Of a stretch of DNA of 64,000 nucleotides, positions 10,794-20,896 are shown piece by piece (the stretch's first letter is position 1; every line of letters starts with the position of its first letter). Source of the DNA: Brevibacterium luteolum (lineage in GTDB: Bacteria; Actinomycetota; Actinomycetes; Actinomycetales; Brevibacteriaceae); contig NZ_JABEMC010000006.1 of the NCBI RefSeq assembly GCF_013004595.1, positions 62,001 to 126,000 on the forward strand, written 5' to 3'. Made by a program: the position numbers and the translations under genes. The notes under the pieces are model-generated. The model saw only the letters and a list, made by a program, of their open reading frames with translations. It was not told the origin of the DNA and searched no databases.

Positions 10794-12082
10794 CGCGCCT
10801 CCTTTGCAAGGGGTGCCGGCAGGCGGAAGATCGTGCGCACCAGCGGAGGTGCGGCGATGAGCAGCACGATCACGGACTGGACGACGAGGACGATGTCGAT
10901 CGGGGTGCCGGTCTGGGACTGCATGAGGTAGCCGCCGGCGCGGAAGGCGCCGAACAGCAGACCGGCGAGCAGGGTGCCCAGCGGCCGGGACCGGCCGAGC
11001 AGGGCGACGGTGATGGCATCGAAGCCGAGCGTGCCGGCGATGCCGCCGGTGAGCTTGGCCTCGGTGCCGAGGATGAGCGAGGCGCCGGCGAGTCCCGACA
11101 GGGCGCCGGCGGTGACCATGACGAGCAGGGTGACCCGGCCGACGGAGATGCCGGCGGTGCGGGCGGCGTTCGGGTTCTCGCCGACGGCGCGGAATTCGAA
11201 GCCGAGGGTGGAGCGCTCCAGCAGCCACCAGACGAACAGCACGGCCAGCAGCGCGACGATGAAGCCGAAGTGCAGGCGGAACGGGTCCGGCAGCAGCTGC
11301 GGGAGGAAGGCGGACTCGTCGATGTTGCGGGTGGCGGGGTTGGCCGAGGTGGTCTGTTTGAACCAGCTCTGCTTGAGCAGATAGGCCAGCAGGTAGCCGG
11401 CGATCATGTTCAGCATGATCGTGACGATGACCTCGTTGGCGCCGGTGCGGGCCTTGAGGAAGCCGGCGATACCGCCCCAGCAGGCGCCGGCGACGGCACC
11501 CATGAGGAGGGCGAAGAGGAAGTGGATGACCGGCGGCAGGCCGACCGCGTAGCCGAAGTAGCCGCCGAGGATCGCGCCGAGGATGAGCTGGCCCTGGGCG
11601 CCGATGTTGAACAGGCCCGACCGGAAGGCCAGGGCGATGCCGAGGCCGGCGAGGATGAGCGGGGTGGCGTTCACCATCGTCTCGGTCAGCGGGCGGATCG
11701 CGCGCACGAAGCTGGAGGCCTGCCAGTCGATGAACGCGCCGCGGAAGAGCGCCAGATAGGCCTCGCTGACGGTGCGGAAGACGGTGACGAAGAAGTCGGT
11801 CGGGCGGGCGAAGAAGTAACCGAGGGTGGCTTGGACCTCGCGGTTGGCAGCGGCGATGAGGATGCCGCCGAGGATGAGGGCGATGACGACCGAGAGCACC
11901 GAGACCATCGCCGAGGACGACAGAATGCGGCGGATGATCGTGCCCTGGGTGGCACCCGGGCCGCTGGCTGCGGTCGAGCCGCCGCCGGAGCCGGGACCGT
12001 CGGGGGTTGCGGGGCTCTTCGGGCCGCTGGGGCCGGTGGCGGTGTCCGTGCCGGTGGCTGCCGCAGTGGGCTGGTCCGTCAT
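10790..12082 (-). CDS. Nucleoside ABC transporter permease 1
   Basis: GLFNIGAQGQ, GANEVIVTIMLN, GFDAITVALLG; many TM segments. Confidence 0.88.
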   Translation of the reverse strand: MTDQPTAAATGTDTATGPSGPKSPATPDGPGSGGGSTAASGPGATQGTIIRRILSSSAMVSVLSVVIALILGGILIAAANREVQATLGYFFARPTDFFVTVFRTVSEAYLALFRGAFIDWQASSFVRAIRPLTETMVNATPLILAGLGIALAFRSGLFNIGAQGQLILGAILGGYFGYAVGLPPVIHFLFALLMGAVAGACWGGIAGFLKARTGANEVIVTIMLNMIAGYLLAYLLKQSWFKQTTSANPATRNIDESAFLPQLLPDPFRLHFGFIVALLAVLFVWWLLERSTLGFEFRAVGENPNAARTAGISVGRVTLLVMVTAGALSGLAGASLILGTEAKLTGGIAGTLGFDAITVALLGRSRPLGTLLAGLLFGAFRAGGYLMQSQTGTPIDIVLVVQSVIVLLIAAPPLVRTIFRLPAPLAKEAR

Positions 12083-13653
12083 CAGAGCTCCTCCTTCGCT
12101 GCTGCAGACACGGCGGTGGCACCTGAGCCGTCGCGGTAGCGGGCAAGGGCTTCATCGGCGGGCACGCCCGCCATCATGAGGCCGAGCACGTCGCGCGGGG
12201 TGTCACCGGGGACGATGCCGATGATCGTGCCGCGGTACATGACCGCGATCCGGTCGGCGAGGTTGAGAGCTTCATCGAGCTCGGTGGAGACGATGATGCA
12301 GGGGGTGCCGGCGTCGCGTTCGGCGATGATGCGCTTGTGCACGAACTCGATCGAACCGACGTCGAGGCCGCGGGTCGGCTGGCTGGCGATGAGCAGGCTG
12401 AGCTTGCGGCCGAGTTCACGGGAGAGCACGACCTTCTGCGCGTTGCCGCCGGACAGGGTTGAGATCGGGTCGTCGATCGAGGTCAGCCGGATGTCGAACT
12501 CCTCGACCTTCTCAGCGGCCTTCTCGCGGATGACTGTCGGGCGCAGCGCCAGGCCCTTGGCGTAGGGCTCGCGGTCGTACTGGTCGAGGATCATGTTCTC
12601 GCGGATGGAGAAGCCGGCGATGACGCCGTCGGTGGAACGGTCCTCGGGCACGAACCCGATCCCGGCGTCGAGGCGCTTCTTCACTGACTTGCCCAGCAGC
12701 GACGTACCCTCGAGGGTGATGGAGCCGGCGTGCGGCTCGTCGAGGCCGATGATCGTTTCGGCGACCTCGGTCTGGCCGTTGCCCTGCACACCTGCGATGA
12801 CGAAGATCTCGCCGCGGGCGACGGAGAAGGAGATGTTGTCGACGGTGACGGTGCCGTTCTTCGACAGCACGGTCAGGTCCTTGACGACGAAGGACTCCTC
12901 ACCGGGGTCGGCAGGGGTCTTCTCGGTGGCGAGCTTGACGTCGCGGCCGACCATGAGGCTGGCGAGCTCCTGTTCCGAGGACGTCGGCTCCGCCTCGCCG
13001 ACGACCGCCCCGCGGCGGATGACGGTGATCTGGTCGGCAACCGCCCGGACTTCGCGCAGCTTGTGGGTGATGAACACGATCGAGGTGCCCTCAGCCTTGA
13101 GCTGGCGCATGATCTCGATGAGCTCGTCGGTCTCCTGCGGGGTCAGCACCGCGGTCGGCTCGTCGAGGATGAGGACCTCGGCATCGCGGGACAGCGCCTT
13201 GATGATCTCGACGCGCTGCTGGGCGCCGACCGGCAGGTCCTCGATGACGGCATCGGGGTCGATGTCGAAGCCGAACCGGGCGGAGATCTCGCGGACCTTC
13301 TCGCGGGCCTGGTTGAGGTCGAGCAGCCCGAGGCCCTTCGTCGGCTCATAGCCCAGAGCGACGGATTCGGCAACGGTGAAGACGGGCACGAGCATGAAGT
13401 GCTGGTGGACCATGCCGATGCCGGCGGCGACTGCATCGCCGGGGCCGGTGAAGCGGCGTTCGGTGCCGTCGATGAGGATCTGGCCGCCGTCTGGGGCGTA
13501 GAGGCCGTAGAGGACGTTCATGAGCGTCGACTTGCCGGCCCCGTTCTCACCGAGCAGGGCGTGGATCTCGCCGGGTTCGATGACGAGGTTGATGTCATCG
13601 TTGGCGACGAGGGATCCGAACACCTTGGTGATCCCGCGGAGCTCGAGTTTCAC
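12082..13653 (-). CDS. Nucleoside/sugar ABC transporter ATP-binding protein (two NBDs)
   Basis: GENGAGKST, VHQHFML, LDEPT, LSGGNAQK, QPTRGLDVG. Confidence 0.92.
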   Translation of the reverse strand: MKLELRGITKVFGSLVANDDINLVIEPGEIHALLGENGAGKSTLMNVLYGLYAPDGGQILIDGTERRFTGPGDAVAAGIGMVHQHFMLVPVFTVAESVALGYEPTKGLGLLDLNQAREKVREISARFGFDIDPDAVIEDLPVGAQQRVEIIKALSRDAEVLILDEPTAVLTPQETDELIEIMRQLKAEGTSIVFITHKLREVRAVADQITVIRRGAVVGEAEPTSSEQELASLMVGRDVKLATEKTPADPGEESFVVKDLTVLSKNGTVTVDNISFSVARGEIFVIAGVQGNGQTEVAETIIGLDEPHAGSITLEGTSLLGKSVKKRLDAGIGFVPEDRSTDGVIAGFSIRENMILDQYDREPYAKGLALRPTVIREKAAEKVEEFDIRLTSIDDPISTLSGGNAQKVVLSRELGRKLSLLIASQPTRGLDVGSIEFVHKRIIAERDAGTPCIIVSTELDEALNLADRIAVMYRGTIIGIVPGDTPRDVLGLMMAGVPADEALARYRDGSGATAVSAAAKEEL

Positions 13654-13676
13654 GTGGACTCTCCTTTATTCCGCAG

Positions 13677-13743
13677 CCGAGGCGGTGCTCACCGTAAGCG
13701 TGTGCGCTGGCGCGCGCACGCGGTCAGGCGAGCACCGCCTCGG
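13677..13743. terminator. Long intra-operon stem-loop downstream of the substrate-binding protein gene
   Basis: CCGAGGCGGTGCTC ... GAGCACCGCCTCGG outer stem with inner GC stem; typical position for an mRNA-stabilising or attenuating hairpin. Confidence 0.65.
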
Positions 13744-13757
13744 GCGTGGGAAGGAAC

Positions 13758-14852
13758 TTACTGCTGCGGGGTCGAGGGCGACTCGACGGTGATCTCGCCG
13801 TCGATGATCTGCTGCTTGAGATCTTCGACTTCCTTCTTCAGGCCGTCGTCGACCTGGTCCTCGAAGTCGTGGTACGGAGCCAGGCTCACACCGTCGTTCT
13901 CCAGGCTGCCGACGTAGGGCTTGGAGTCCCAATTGCCGTCCTTCGCTGACTCCGCAGTCTCATAAACGGCCCGAGCAATTTCCTTCTTCACCGAAGTCAG
14001 CATGAGCTCCTTGTACTCAGGAGCGTACTCGTAGCCGTCGGAGTCGACCCAGATGATCTTGGTGCCATCAGACTTCGATGCGGCCGAGGCGGCGCCGAGG
14101 CCGACCGGTCCGGCGACCGGCATGATGATGTCAGCGCCCTGCGAGATGAACTGCTCGGTCAGTGCCTGGCCCTGTCCCTGGTTCTCGAAGTCACCGGAGA
14201 ACGAGCCCTCCTGCTTCTCCTTGTCCCAGCCCAGGAGCTGGACGTCTTCGCCCTTGTCCTCGTTGTACTTGTCGACACCGTCGGCGAAGCCGTCCATGAA
14301 GATCGACACCGACGGGATCTGCATGCCGCCGAAGGTGGCGACCTTGCCCGATTCGCTCATGCCCGCGGCCAGGTAGCCGGCGAGGTAGGAGGCTTCAGCG
14401 GTGTTGAACACGAGCGGCTTGGCGTTCTCGAGCTCGACCGGCTTGCCGTCAGTGTCGGTGAAGGTGGAGTCGATGAGCGCGAAGTGCATGTCGGTGTTGG
14501 CCTCAGCGGCCTCCTGCAGTGCGTCTTCGAGGAGGAAGCCGACACCGAAGGTCAGGTTGCAGCCCTGCTGGACCATGTTGTCGACGTTCGGACCATAGTC
14601 TGAGTCATCAGTTGACTCGGCAAGAGCCTCTTGAATATTAAAGTCCTCCTTGGCCTTGTCGAGACCCTCGCGGCTCGACTGGTTGAAGGACTTGTCGTCC
14701 CAGCCGCCGGAGTCGGAGACCATGCATGCCTTGAAGTCGCTTGCCTCTCCCCCGCCGTTGGAGGATTCCTCCGGAGCCTCACCACAGGCCGACAGCAGCA
14801 GTGCAGACGCTGCCGCGAAGGCAGTGGCCGGAACCATGATCGATTTCTTCAC
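13758..14852 (-). CDS. BMP-family ABC substrate-binding lipoprotein (nucleosides)
   Basis: Lipobox LSAC; DDKSFNQ, YLAGYLAA, GADII, IWVDSD; GTG start 14852 after GGGAGA. Confidence 0.9.
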   Translation of the reverse strand: MKKSIMVPATAFAAASALLLSACGEAPEESSNGGGEASDFKACMVSDSGGWDDKSFNQSSREGLDKAKEDFNIQEALAESTDDSDYGPNVDNMVQQGCNLTFGVGFLLEDALQEAAEANTDMHFALIDSTFTDTDGKPVELENAKPLVFNTAEASYLAGYLAAGMSESGKVATFGGMQIPSVSIFMDGFADGVDKYNEDKGEDVQLLGWDKEKQEGSFSGDFENQGQGQALTEQFISQGADIIMPVAGPVGLGAASAASKSDGTKIIWVDSDGYEYAPEYKELMLTSVKKEIARAVYETAESAKDGNWDSKPYVGSLENDGVSLAPYHDFEDQVDDGLKKEVEDLKQQIIDGEITVESPSTPQQ

Positions 14853-15117
14853 AGGATGTCTCCCAGTCTCGTGTGTTCTGCAAACAGGTGTACCTGGCCG
14901 TTTCGTGAGAACGGTCTGCACCTATCATGAGTCATTTTTGCACACTTTCATGCTTTCGGAGCGGGTGTCGGGCGGACGTTGCCCAGCCGTAACCTGCGCC
15001 GACGCCCGGCGGCGGCGCCTCGGGTGTGTCAGTCCTGTAACGCCGGGTGCGCAATCCTGCCATAACGGGCGGTCTGCCCTGTCTGCGGCGTCGCGGTGAG
15101 GCTAGTGTGCCCGATAG

Positions 15118-15143
15118 GACCAGTTCCACAAGACCAGTTCCAC
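15118..15143. promoter_or_regulatory. 12-bp direct repeat GACCAGTTCCAC x2, candidate regulator site
   Basis: Exact copies at 15118 and 15132, just after a TAGTGT -10-like hexamer in the divergent BMP/MarR intergenic region. Confidence 0.4.
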
Positions 15144-15188
15144 TCACCCCGTCGTGCAGCTTCGGCTGCCTGTTCGAAAGGCCTGCTG

Positions 15189-15722
15189 ATGACCGCTTCA
15201 CGCCGCACCCGGCGCGTGGCCTCACCGCCGTCTGGGGAGGCCACGCGCAGACTCGCGGCCATCGAGTCGATCGTGCGGGCCAACCAGCGTCAGCTCATCA
15301 GCCTGCGCTCGGCGACCGCCCGGTTCCTGCGCAGCGAGCGGCTGAGCGTGACGGACTTCCACGTCCTCCAGCTCATCTCGATGTCCGCCGCTGAAGCGCG
15401 CCCGGCCCGGCCCCAGGAGATCTGCCGCCAGCTCGACATCTCCGCCTCGACGCTGACGTCGATCACCGAGCGTCTGGCTGCGGCCGGCTTCGTCGACCGG
15501 CAGCGGCAGGCCTCCGACCGGCGGCGCACCGCACTGCGGCCCACTGAGGCGGCCACTGCCCTGCTGCAGCGGCACCACCGGCTGCTCACCCGCTCCTACG
15601 CCGAGGTGCTTGCCGCCCGGTCCGGGCCGGCACTCGCCGCCTGCATCGAGGTCGTCGATGCCCTCGACGCCGGCAATGCCCGCTGCGCGGCCGCACTCAG
15701 CCGCAACGGCAACGGGGCATAG
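15189..15722 (+). CDS. MarR family transcriptional regulator
   Basis: LSVTDFHVL...ISASTLTSITERLAAAGFVDR...DRR winged-helix pattern. Confidence 0.85.
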   Translation: MTASRRTRRVASPPSGEATRRLAAIESIVRANQRQLISLRSATARFLRSERLSVTDFHVLQLISMSAAEARPARPQEICRQLDISASTLTSITERLAAAGFVDRQRQASDRRRTALRPTEAATALLQRHHRLLTRSYAEVLAARSGPALAACIEVVDALDAGNARCAAALSRNGNGA

Positions 15723-15757
15723 ATTCCAGCGCGCCGGGCCACGCGTACCATGGGGCC

Positions 15758-17584
15758 GTGGCACATCTACTCGGCGCGGAAGCGATCGCACTCGAATACC
15801 CGACCCGCACAGTCTTCGACTCCGTCACCCTCGGCATCGACGCCGGTGACCGGATCGGCATCGTCGGCCGCAACGGCGACGGCAAGTCCAGCCTCATGGG
15901 CATGCTCGCCGGCACCATCGCCCCCGATGCCGGGCGGGTGACCCGCCGCGGCGGCACCCGGCTGGGACTCCTCGACCAGACCGACGACCTCGACACCTCG
16001 GCGACGGTGCAGGCCTCCATCGTCGGCGATGCGCCCGAACACGAATGGGCATCAGATCCGCAGATCCGCGATGTGCTCGCCGGGCTGACCGGCGACATCG
16101 ACTTCCAGGCGAGGGTCGGCGCACTCTCCGGCGGGCAGCGCCGCCGGGTGGCGCTGGCGAAGCTGCTGGTGGGCGACTGGGACATCCTCGCCCTCGACGA
16201 GCCGACCAACCACCTCGACGTCGAGGGCATCGCGTGGCTGGCCGAGCACCTCAAGCGGCGCTGGCCGGCTGGGTCCGGGGCGCTGCTCGTCATCACCCAT
16301 GACCGATGGTTCCTTGATGAGGTGTGCACGACGACGTGGGAGGTCCACGATGGGATCGTCGAGCCGTTCGAAGGCGGGTACGCCGCCTACGTCCTCCAGC
16401 GTGTCGAACGCGACCGGCAGGCTGCCGTGGCCGAGGCGAAGCGGCAGAACCTCATGCGCAAGGAGCTCGCCTGGCTGCGCCGCGGGGCACCGGCACGGAC
16501 GTCGAAGCCGAAGTTCCGCATCGATGCGGCCAATGCGCTCATCGCCGATGTGCCGGCGGTGCGCAATCCGATCGAGCTCACCCGCTTAGCGACCGCCCGG
16601 CTGGGCAAGGACGTCATCGATGTCGAGGGCGCCTCGGTGTCCTTCGGCGAGCGCGAGGTCCTGCGCGATGTCACGTGGCGGATCGGCCCCGGTGAGCGGA
16701 CCGGGATCCTCGGCGCGAACGGGGCGGGCAAGTCGACGCTGCTCGGGCTCATCGCCGGCACGATCACACCGAGCGCCGGCCGCATCAAGCGCGGCAAGAC
16801 GGTTAAGCTCGCTGTGCTCGATCAGCAGTTCTCCCAGCTGGCTGAGATCGGAGGCGAGCGGGTGCGCGAGGTGCTCGGCAGGCAGAAGAGCTCGGTCGAA
16901 GTCGAGGGCAAGGAGCTCACGCCTGCGCAGCTGCTCGAACGCCTCGGGTTCTCGAATGCTCACCTTTCCGCCCGGGTCGGGGATCTCTCCGGTGGGCAGC
17001 GCCGGCGCCTGCAGCTGCTGCTCGTGCTGCTCGATGAGCCGAATGTCATGATTCTCGATGAGCCGACCAACGACCTCGATGTCGACATGCTCGCTGCGAT
17101 GGAGGACCTGCTCGATTCGTGGCCGGGCACCCTGCTCGTCGTCTCCCACGACCGCTACCTGCTTGAGCGCGTGACCGACCAGCAGTACGCGATCATCGAC
17201 GGCAAGCTCCGCCACGTCCCCGGCGGAGTCGATGAGTACCTCAAGCTGCAGCGCCAGGCCGGTCCGGCCGAGGCTTCCCGCTCCCGAGGCGGTGCTGGCG
17301 CAGGTGCCGGCGGCGGTGGCGACGGGATCAGGACTGATAGCGCCGAGGAGCCGACGGGACTCACCGGTGCCGAGCGGCGGGCAGCGGAGAAGGAGCTGGC
17401 CTCGCTCGAGCGGCGCTTGGACAAGCTCAGTCAGCAGATCAGCCGGGTGCATGAGCGCATGGCTGATCACGACCAGACGGACTTCGAGGGGCTGCAGTCC
17501 TATACGAATGAGCTGCGGGAGCTGGAAACGGAATCGTCCGAACTCGAAGACCGGTGGCTGGAGCTTTCGGAGGAACTGGGCTGA
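15758..17584 (+). CDS. ABC-F family ATPase (Uup-like, C-terminal coiled coil)
   Basis: Two NBDs (GRNGDGKS, LDEPTNHLD; GANGAGKST, LDEPTNDLD), WLRRGAPARTSK linker, no TM segments. Confidence 0.9.
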   Translation: MAHLLGAEAIALEYPTRTVFDSVTLGIDAGDRIGIVGRNGDGKSSLMGMLAGTIAPDAGRVTRRGGTRLGLLDQTDDLDTSATVQASIVGDAPEHEWASDPQIRDVLAGLTGDIDFQARVGALSGGQRRRVALAKLLVGDWDILALDEPTNHLDVEGIAWLAEHLKRRWPAGSGALLVITHDRWFLDEVCTTTWEVHDGIVEPFEGGYAAYVLQRVERDRQAAVAEAKRQNLMRKELAWLRRGAPARTSKPKFRIDAANALIADVPAVRNPIELTRLATARLGKDVIDVEGASVSFGEREVLRDVTWRIGPGERTGILGANGAGKSTLLGLIAGTITPSAGRIKRGKTVKLAVLDQQFSQLAEIGGERVREVLGRQKSSVEVEGKELTPAQLLERLGFSNAHLSARVGDLSGGQRRRLQLLLVLLDEPNVMILDEPTNDLDVDMLAAMEDLLDSWPGTLLVVSHDRYLLERVTDQQYAIIDGKLRHVPGGVDEYLKLQRQAGPAEASRSRGGAGAGAGGGGDGIRTDSAEEPTGLTGAERRAAEKELASLERRLDKLSQQISRVHERMADHDQTDFEGLQSYTNELRELETESSELEDRWLELSEELG

Positions 17585-17658
17585 CTGAACGCTGAGCTCC
17601 TGCTTTCGGGGCACGGTCGATGCGGCGGCCGCCGCGCTGCCGGGTGGCCTCGACGCGG

Positions 17659-19317
17659 TCAGGATCCGTGCACCGACTGCCCATCTGCATGTGCCGCCGC
17701 AGCCTGACGGACGTTCACGGCGCCGATGAAACCGAGGATGAGGAACATAGTCGCCGTCAGCAGCGTCCACCGGGTGGCGTCGGCGAATCCGGTCGCGAGC
17801 GCGTCGACGACGGCGAAAGTGTGCTCCCCGAACTGACTGCCAGATCCTTCGGCCCGCAGCTGGACGATGGTGCCGCCGGCTGACTGGCGTGTCGCCTCGG
17901 CAAGCGCGTCACCGGCCTGTCCGGGCATGCCGGCAGAGCCGAGGGCGCTCGGCAGGGTGAGGGCCAGCGACAGGGACAGGGCAGCACCGGCGAACGCGGT
18001 GCCGAGTGCCGAGCCGACCTGGCGGACGGTGCTCTGGGTGGCCGAGGCCTGCCCGGAGCTGCCGACCGGGATCTCATTGAGCACGGTGCTGGTCAGCTGC
18101 GCTGATGCCAGGCCGAGGCCGAGTCCATAGGCGACGAGCGGGGCCGCAATGATCCAGGCCGGTGTCTGGCCGCCGATGACGAACGTGAGAACGAGCACGC
18201 CGCTGACTTCGAGTCCGAGGCCGATGAGCACGGTGGCCGGAGCCCCGAGCCGGGCGGCGACGTGCCGCGCAGCAGCCCCGGAGAAGAACGCGCCGAGTGC
18301 CATTGCGGCAAGCACCAGGCCGGCGCTCATGACGCTGAGAGCCAGGGCGTTGATGAGGTAGAGCGGCAGGACGAAGATGATGGCGAACTCGCCGATCGCG
18401 ACCATTGCGGCAGTGACGTTGCCCCACGAGAAGGTCGAGTAGGAGAACAGCCCGAGGTCGAGGATGGCTGACCGGTGCCGGCGCTCGCGGCGCCTCTCCC
18501 AGCGGATGAAGACGATGAAGGCGAGAACGGAGACCGCCAGCGCGACCGGCACGGCAGAGATCGGGGCGCTGGCCGGCCAGGTCCAGCCGAGGATGACGAG
18601 GTCGGCCGTGGGTGTCCACCAGCCGAGGTCGGAGCCTTCGATGACGGCGAAGACGAGGGTGCCGAAGGTGAGGATGCTCAGGATCGCACCGTCGATGTCA
18701 GCACCGGGCAGGCGCTGATCGCTGCGGGTCTCGCGCACCGTGAAGACTGCGGCGAGCGCCACGAGCAGGCCGAGGGGCACATTCACAAGGAAGATCCAAT
18801 GCCAGGACATCCATTGGGTCAGCGCACCGCCGGCCAGCGGGCCGACAGCGGCGGCACCGGAGATCACCGCACCCCAGACGCCGAAGGCCGCGGCTCGGTA
18901 ACGGCCGCGGAAGATGGCGTTGACGCTCGACAGCGTCGAGGGCATGATGAGCGCCGCGCCCACGGCCTGGACAGCGCGCGAGGCGATGAGCGGTCCGGCC
19001 GCTGTCGAGAGCCCGGCGAGGATGCTGCCGGCGATGAAGACAGCCAGGCCGGCGATGAACGTGCGCTTGCGGCCGAATCTGTCAGCGAGCTTGCCAGTTG
19101 GCAGCAGCAGGGCCGCCAGCAGCACCGCATAGAGGCTGTTGACCCACTGCGCCTGTGTCAGGTCGAGGCGGAGGTCGGTGATGATCGCCGGCAGCGCCAC
19201 CCCGACGATCGTGCCGTCGAGGACGATGAGTCCGAGCCCGACCGACAGCGCAGCTAAGGCGAGCCAGTCGCGACGTTCCGGACGCCGACCGGCCCCCTCC
19301 GCCTCGGGAGCAGTCAT
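17659..19317 (-). CDS. MFS drug-efflux transporter (DHA2/14-TM type)
   Basis: LDGTIVGVALP, GKLADRFGRKR, GPLAGG, WHWIFLVNVP; start at 19317 coupled to upstream stop. Confidence 0.88.
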   Translation of the reverse strand: MTAPEAEGAGRRPERRDWLALAALSVGLGLIVLDGTIVGVALPAIITDLRLDLTQAQWVNSLYAVLLAALLLPTGKLADRFGRKRTFIAGLAVFIAGSILAGLSTAAGPLIASRAVQAVGAALIMPSTLSSVNAIFRGRYRAAAFGVWGAVISGAAAVGPLAGGALTQWMSWHWIFLVNVPLGLLVALAAVFTVRETRSDQRLPGADIDGAILSILTFGTLVFAVIEGSDLGWWTPTADLVILGWTWPASAPISAVPVALAVSVLAFIVFIRWERRRERRHRSAILDLGLFSYSTFSWGNVTAAMVAIGEFAIIFVLPLYLINALALSVMSAGLVLAAMALGAFFSGAAARHVAARLGAPATVLIGLGLEVSGVLVLTFVIGGQTPAWIIAAPLVAYGLGLGLASAQLTSTVLNEIPVGSSGQASATQSTVRQVGSALGTAFAGAALSLSLALTLPSALGSAGMPGQAGDALAEATRQSAGGTIVQLRAEGSGSQFGEHTFAVVDALATGFADATRWTLLTATMFLILGFIGAVNVRQAAAAHADGQSVHGS

Positions 19318-19772
19318 CAGGCGCTCACGGCCGTTCCGGATCCGGCAGGAGCGGCGGTGAGCGGGGCGGAGATGGCCCGGCGCAGGGCGATGATGAAGAC
19401 GATGAGTCCGGCAGTGATGAGGATGTGGCCGATGCCGGCGATGCCGGCGATCATGGCGTTGGATTCCCGGCCGAGGACGGTGAGGCTGCCGTGCCAGACC
19501 ATCATCGCCACGGTGGTCAGCACGCCGGCGTTGTAGAGCCAGAAGAACCAGATGAACAGCTTGCGGCTGTGGGAGATCGCGAAGAGCTTCTCGAGGGCGA
19601 GGAAGATGAGGAACATCATGAAGCCCAGCGCCAGCAGGTGGGTGTGGGTGGCCGAGAGCTGGGTGAACTCCCCTGCGGCGAAGTCGTTGGCCTTGGTGAA
19701 TTCGCGGTAATACAGGCCGGAGGCGAGCCCAAGGATGAGGTAGGCGGTTGCGGCTCTGAACAGTGCGGTCAT
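19317..19772 (-). CDS. DUF2871-like 4-TM membrane protein
   Basis: GLYYREFTK, TQLSATHTHLLALG, IAGIAGIGH. Confidence 0.75.
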   Translation of the reverse strand: MTALFRAATAYLILGLASGLYYREFTKANDFAAGEFTQLSATHTHLLALGFMMFLIFLALEKLFAISHSRKLFIWFFWLYNAGVLTTVAMMVWHGSLTVLGRESNAMIAGIAGIGHILITAGLIVFIIALRRAISAPLTAAPAGSGTAVSA

Positions 19773-19850
19773 GGGCATCCCTTCTCTGGTGATCCTGGTG
19801 CGGGTACGGGAGTGTTCGATTCCATTCCACCAGGATGACCGACGCTTGGG

Positions 19851-19879
19851 ATCGTGCAGGAGGTCGAATCCGGTGTCAA
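19851..19879 (-). promoter_or_regulatory. SigA-type promoter of the DUF2871-MFS operon
   Basis: Minus strand TTGACA-17nt-CACGAT. Confidence 0.65.
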
Positions 19880-19957
19880 CCGAACGGTCGATTCTCAGCT
19901 GCAGGCGTACAGCGGTGCTGCCGGTCACGAGGCGGGCGAGCGCTCAGACGCAGGTGC

Positions 19958-20896
19958 TCAGCCATTCACCAGGTGTGCGCCGCCGGCCGGCGCGGTGGTG
20001 CGCACCACGTCACGGACTCCGCGGGTGGCTTCGAGCAGCACGGTGAGGTCAAGGGCATGCGTCGGATCGGCGACGAGGAACCCGACCGTCGGCCCCGAGC
20101 CGGAGACGAGTGCGGCGAGGGCTCCTGCCTGCCGCCCGGATTCCATGACATCGGCGATGCCGGGCAGCAGCTCGATCGCCGCGTCGGTCATGTCGTTGTG
20201 CAGCACGCCGGCCAGAGCGTGCGGGTCACCTGCGGTCAGTGCGGTGACGACGTCATCGGGGTCGCGCAGCGTGTCATCGGTCGCTGTCGAGGTCTCGCGG
20301 CGCAGCTCATCGAGGGTGCGGTACACCTCGGGTGTGGACAGGGACGCCACCGAGGTGGCGAGCACCCAGTGGAATGCACCGGACCCGGCGACGGGAACGA
20401 GTTCGTCGCCGCGGCCAGTGCCGATCGCGGTGCCGCCGGTGAGCGCAAACGGCACGTCGGCGCCGAGTTCCCCGGCGATCCTGGCGAGCAGCTCTGCGTC
20501 ATCGCAGCCGATGAGCTCGGCGTAGGCGACCAGTGCCGCAGCCGCGTCGGCTGACCCGCCGCCCATGCCGCCGGCGACCGGGACCTGTTTGTCGATCGTG
20601 ATGGCGACCGGGATGTGCGTCTCGGTCGCCTCGGACAGTGCCGCGACGGCTTGGACGGCGAGGTTGCGGTCATCGAGTGGGACGGTCGTGTCCGCCCGGG
20701 GGCCGGTGAGCGTCACCGCGGTCTCGGCCGCCGGTGACAGGGTGATCGTCTCGGCCAGGTCGAGGGTCTGGAAGACGCTGACGAGGTCGTGGTAGCCGTC
20801 GGCGCGCTGCGGGCCGACGGAGAGGAAGACGTTGATCTTGCCGTAGGCGCGCGCGGTGACCGAGCGGGCGCCGAGCTGGGAGACTTCTGCGTTCAT
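19958..20896 (-). CDS. ispE: 4-diphosphocytidyl-2-C-methyl-D-erythritol kinase
   Basis: [44 protein letters not shown]. Confidence 0.95.
   Translation of the reverse strand: MNAEVSQLGARSVTARAYGKINVFLSVGPQRADGYHDLVSVFQTLDLAETITLSPAAETAVTLTGPRADTTVPLDDRNLAVQAVAALSEATETHIPVAITIDKQVPVAGGMGGGSADAAAALVAYAELIGCDDAELLARIAGELGADVPFALTGGTAIGTGRGDELVPVAGSGAFHWVLATSVASLSTPEVYRTLDELRRETSTATDDTLRDPDDVVTALTAGDPHALAGVLHNDMTDAAIELLPGIADVMESGRQAGALAALVSGSGPTVGFLVADPTHALDLTVLLEATRGVRDVVRTTAPAGGAHLVNG

Noticed and set aside
10794..12155. Apparent N-terminal extensions in the ORF track (also 19318-19830, 51746-52375, 52528-53283, 33844-34062, 41176-41394, 42660-42905)
   Set aside because: They overlap upstream genes in another frame; better starts with an RBS, a stop/start overlap or a leaderless -10 exist downstream.
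15123..15138. DasR (dre)-like site
   Set aside because: Only the AGACCAGT half matches; not palindromic.
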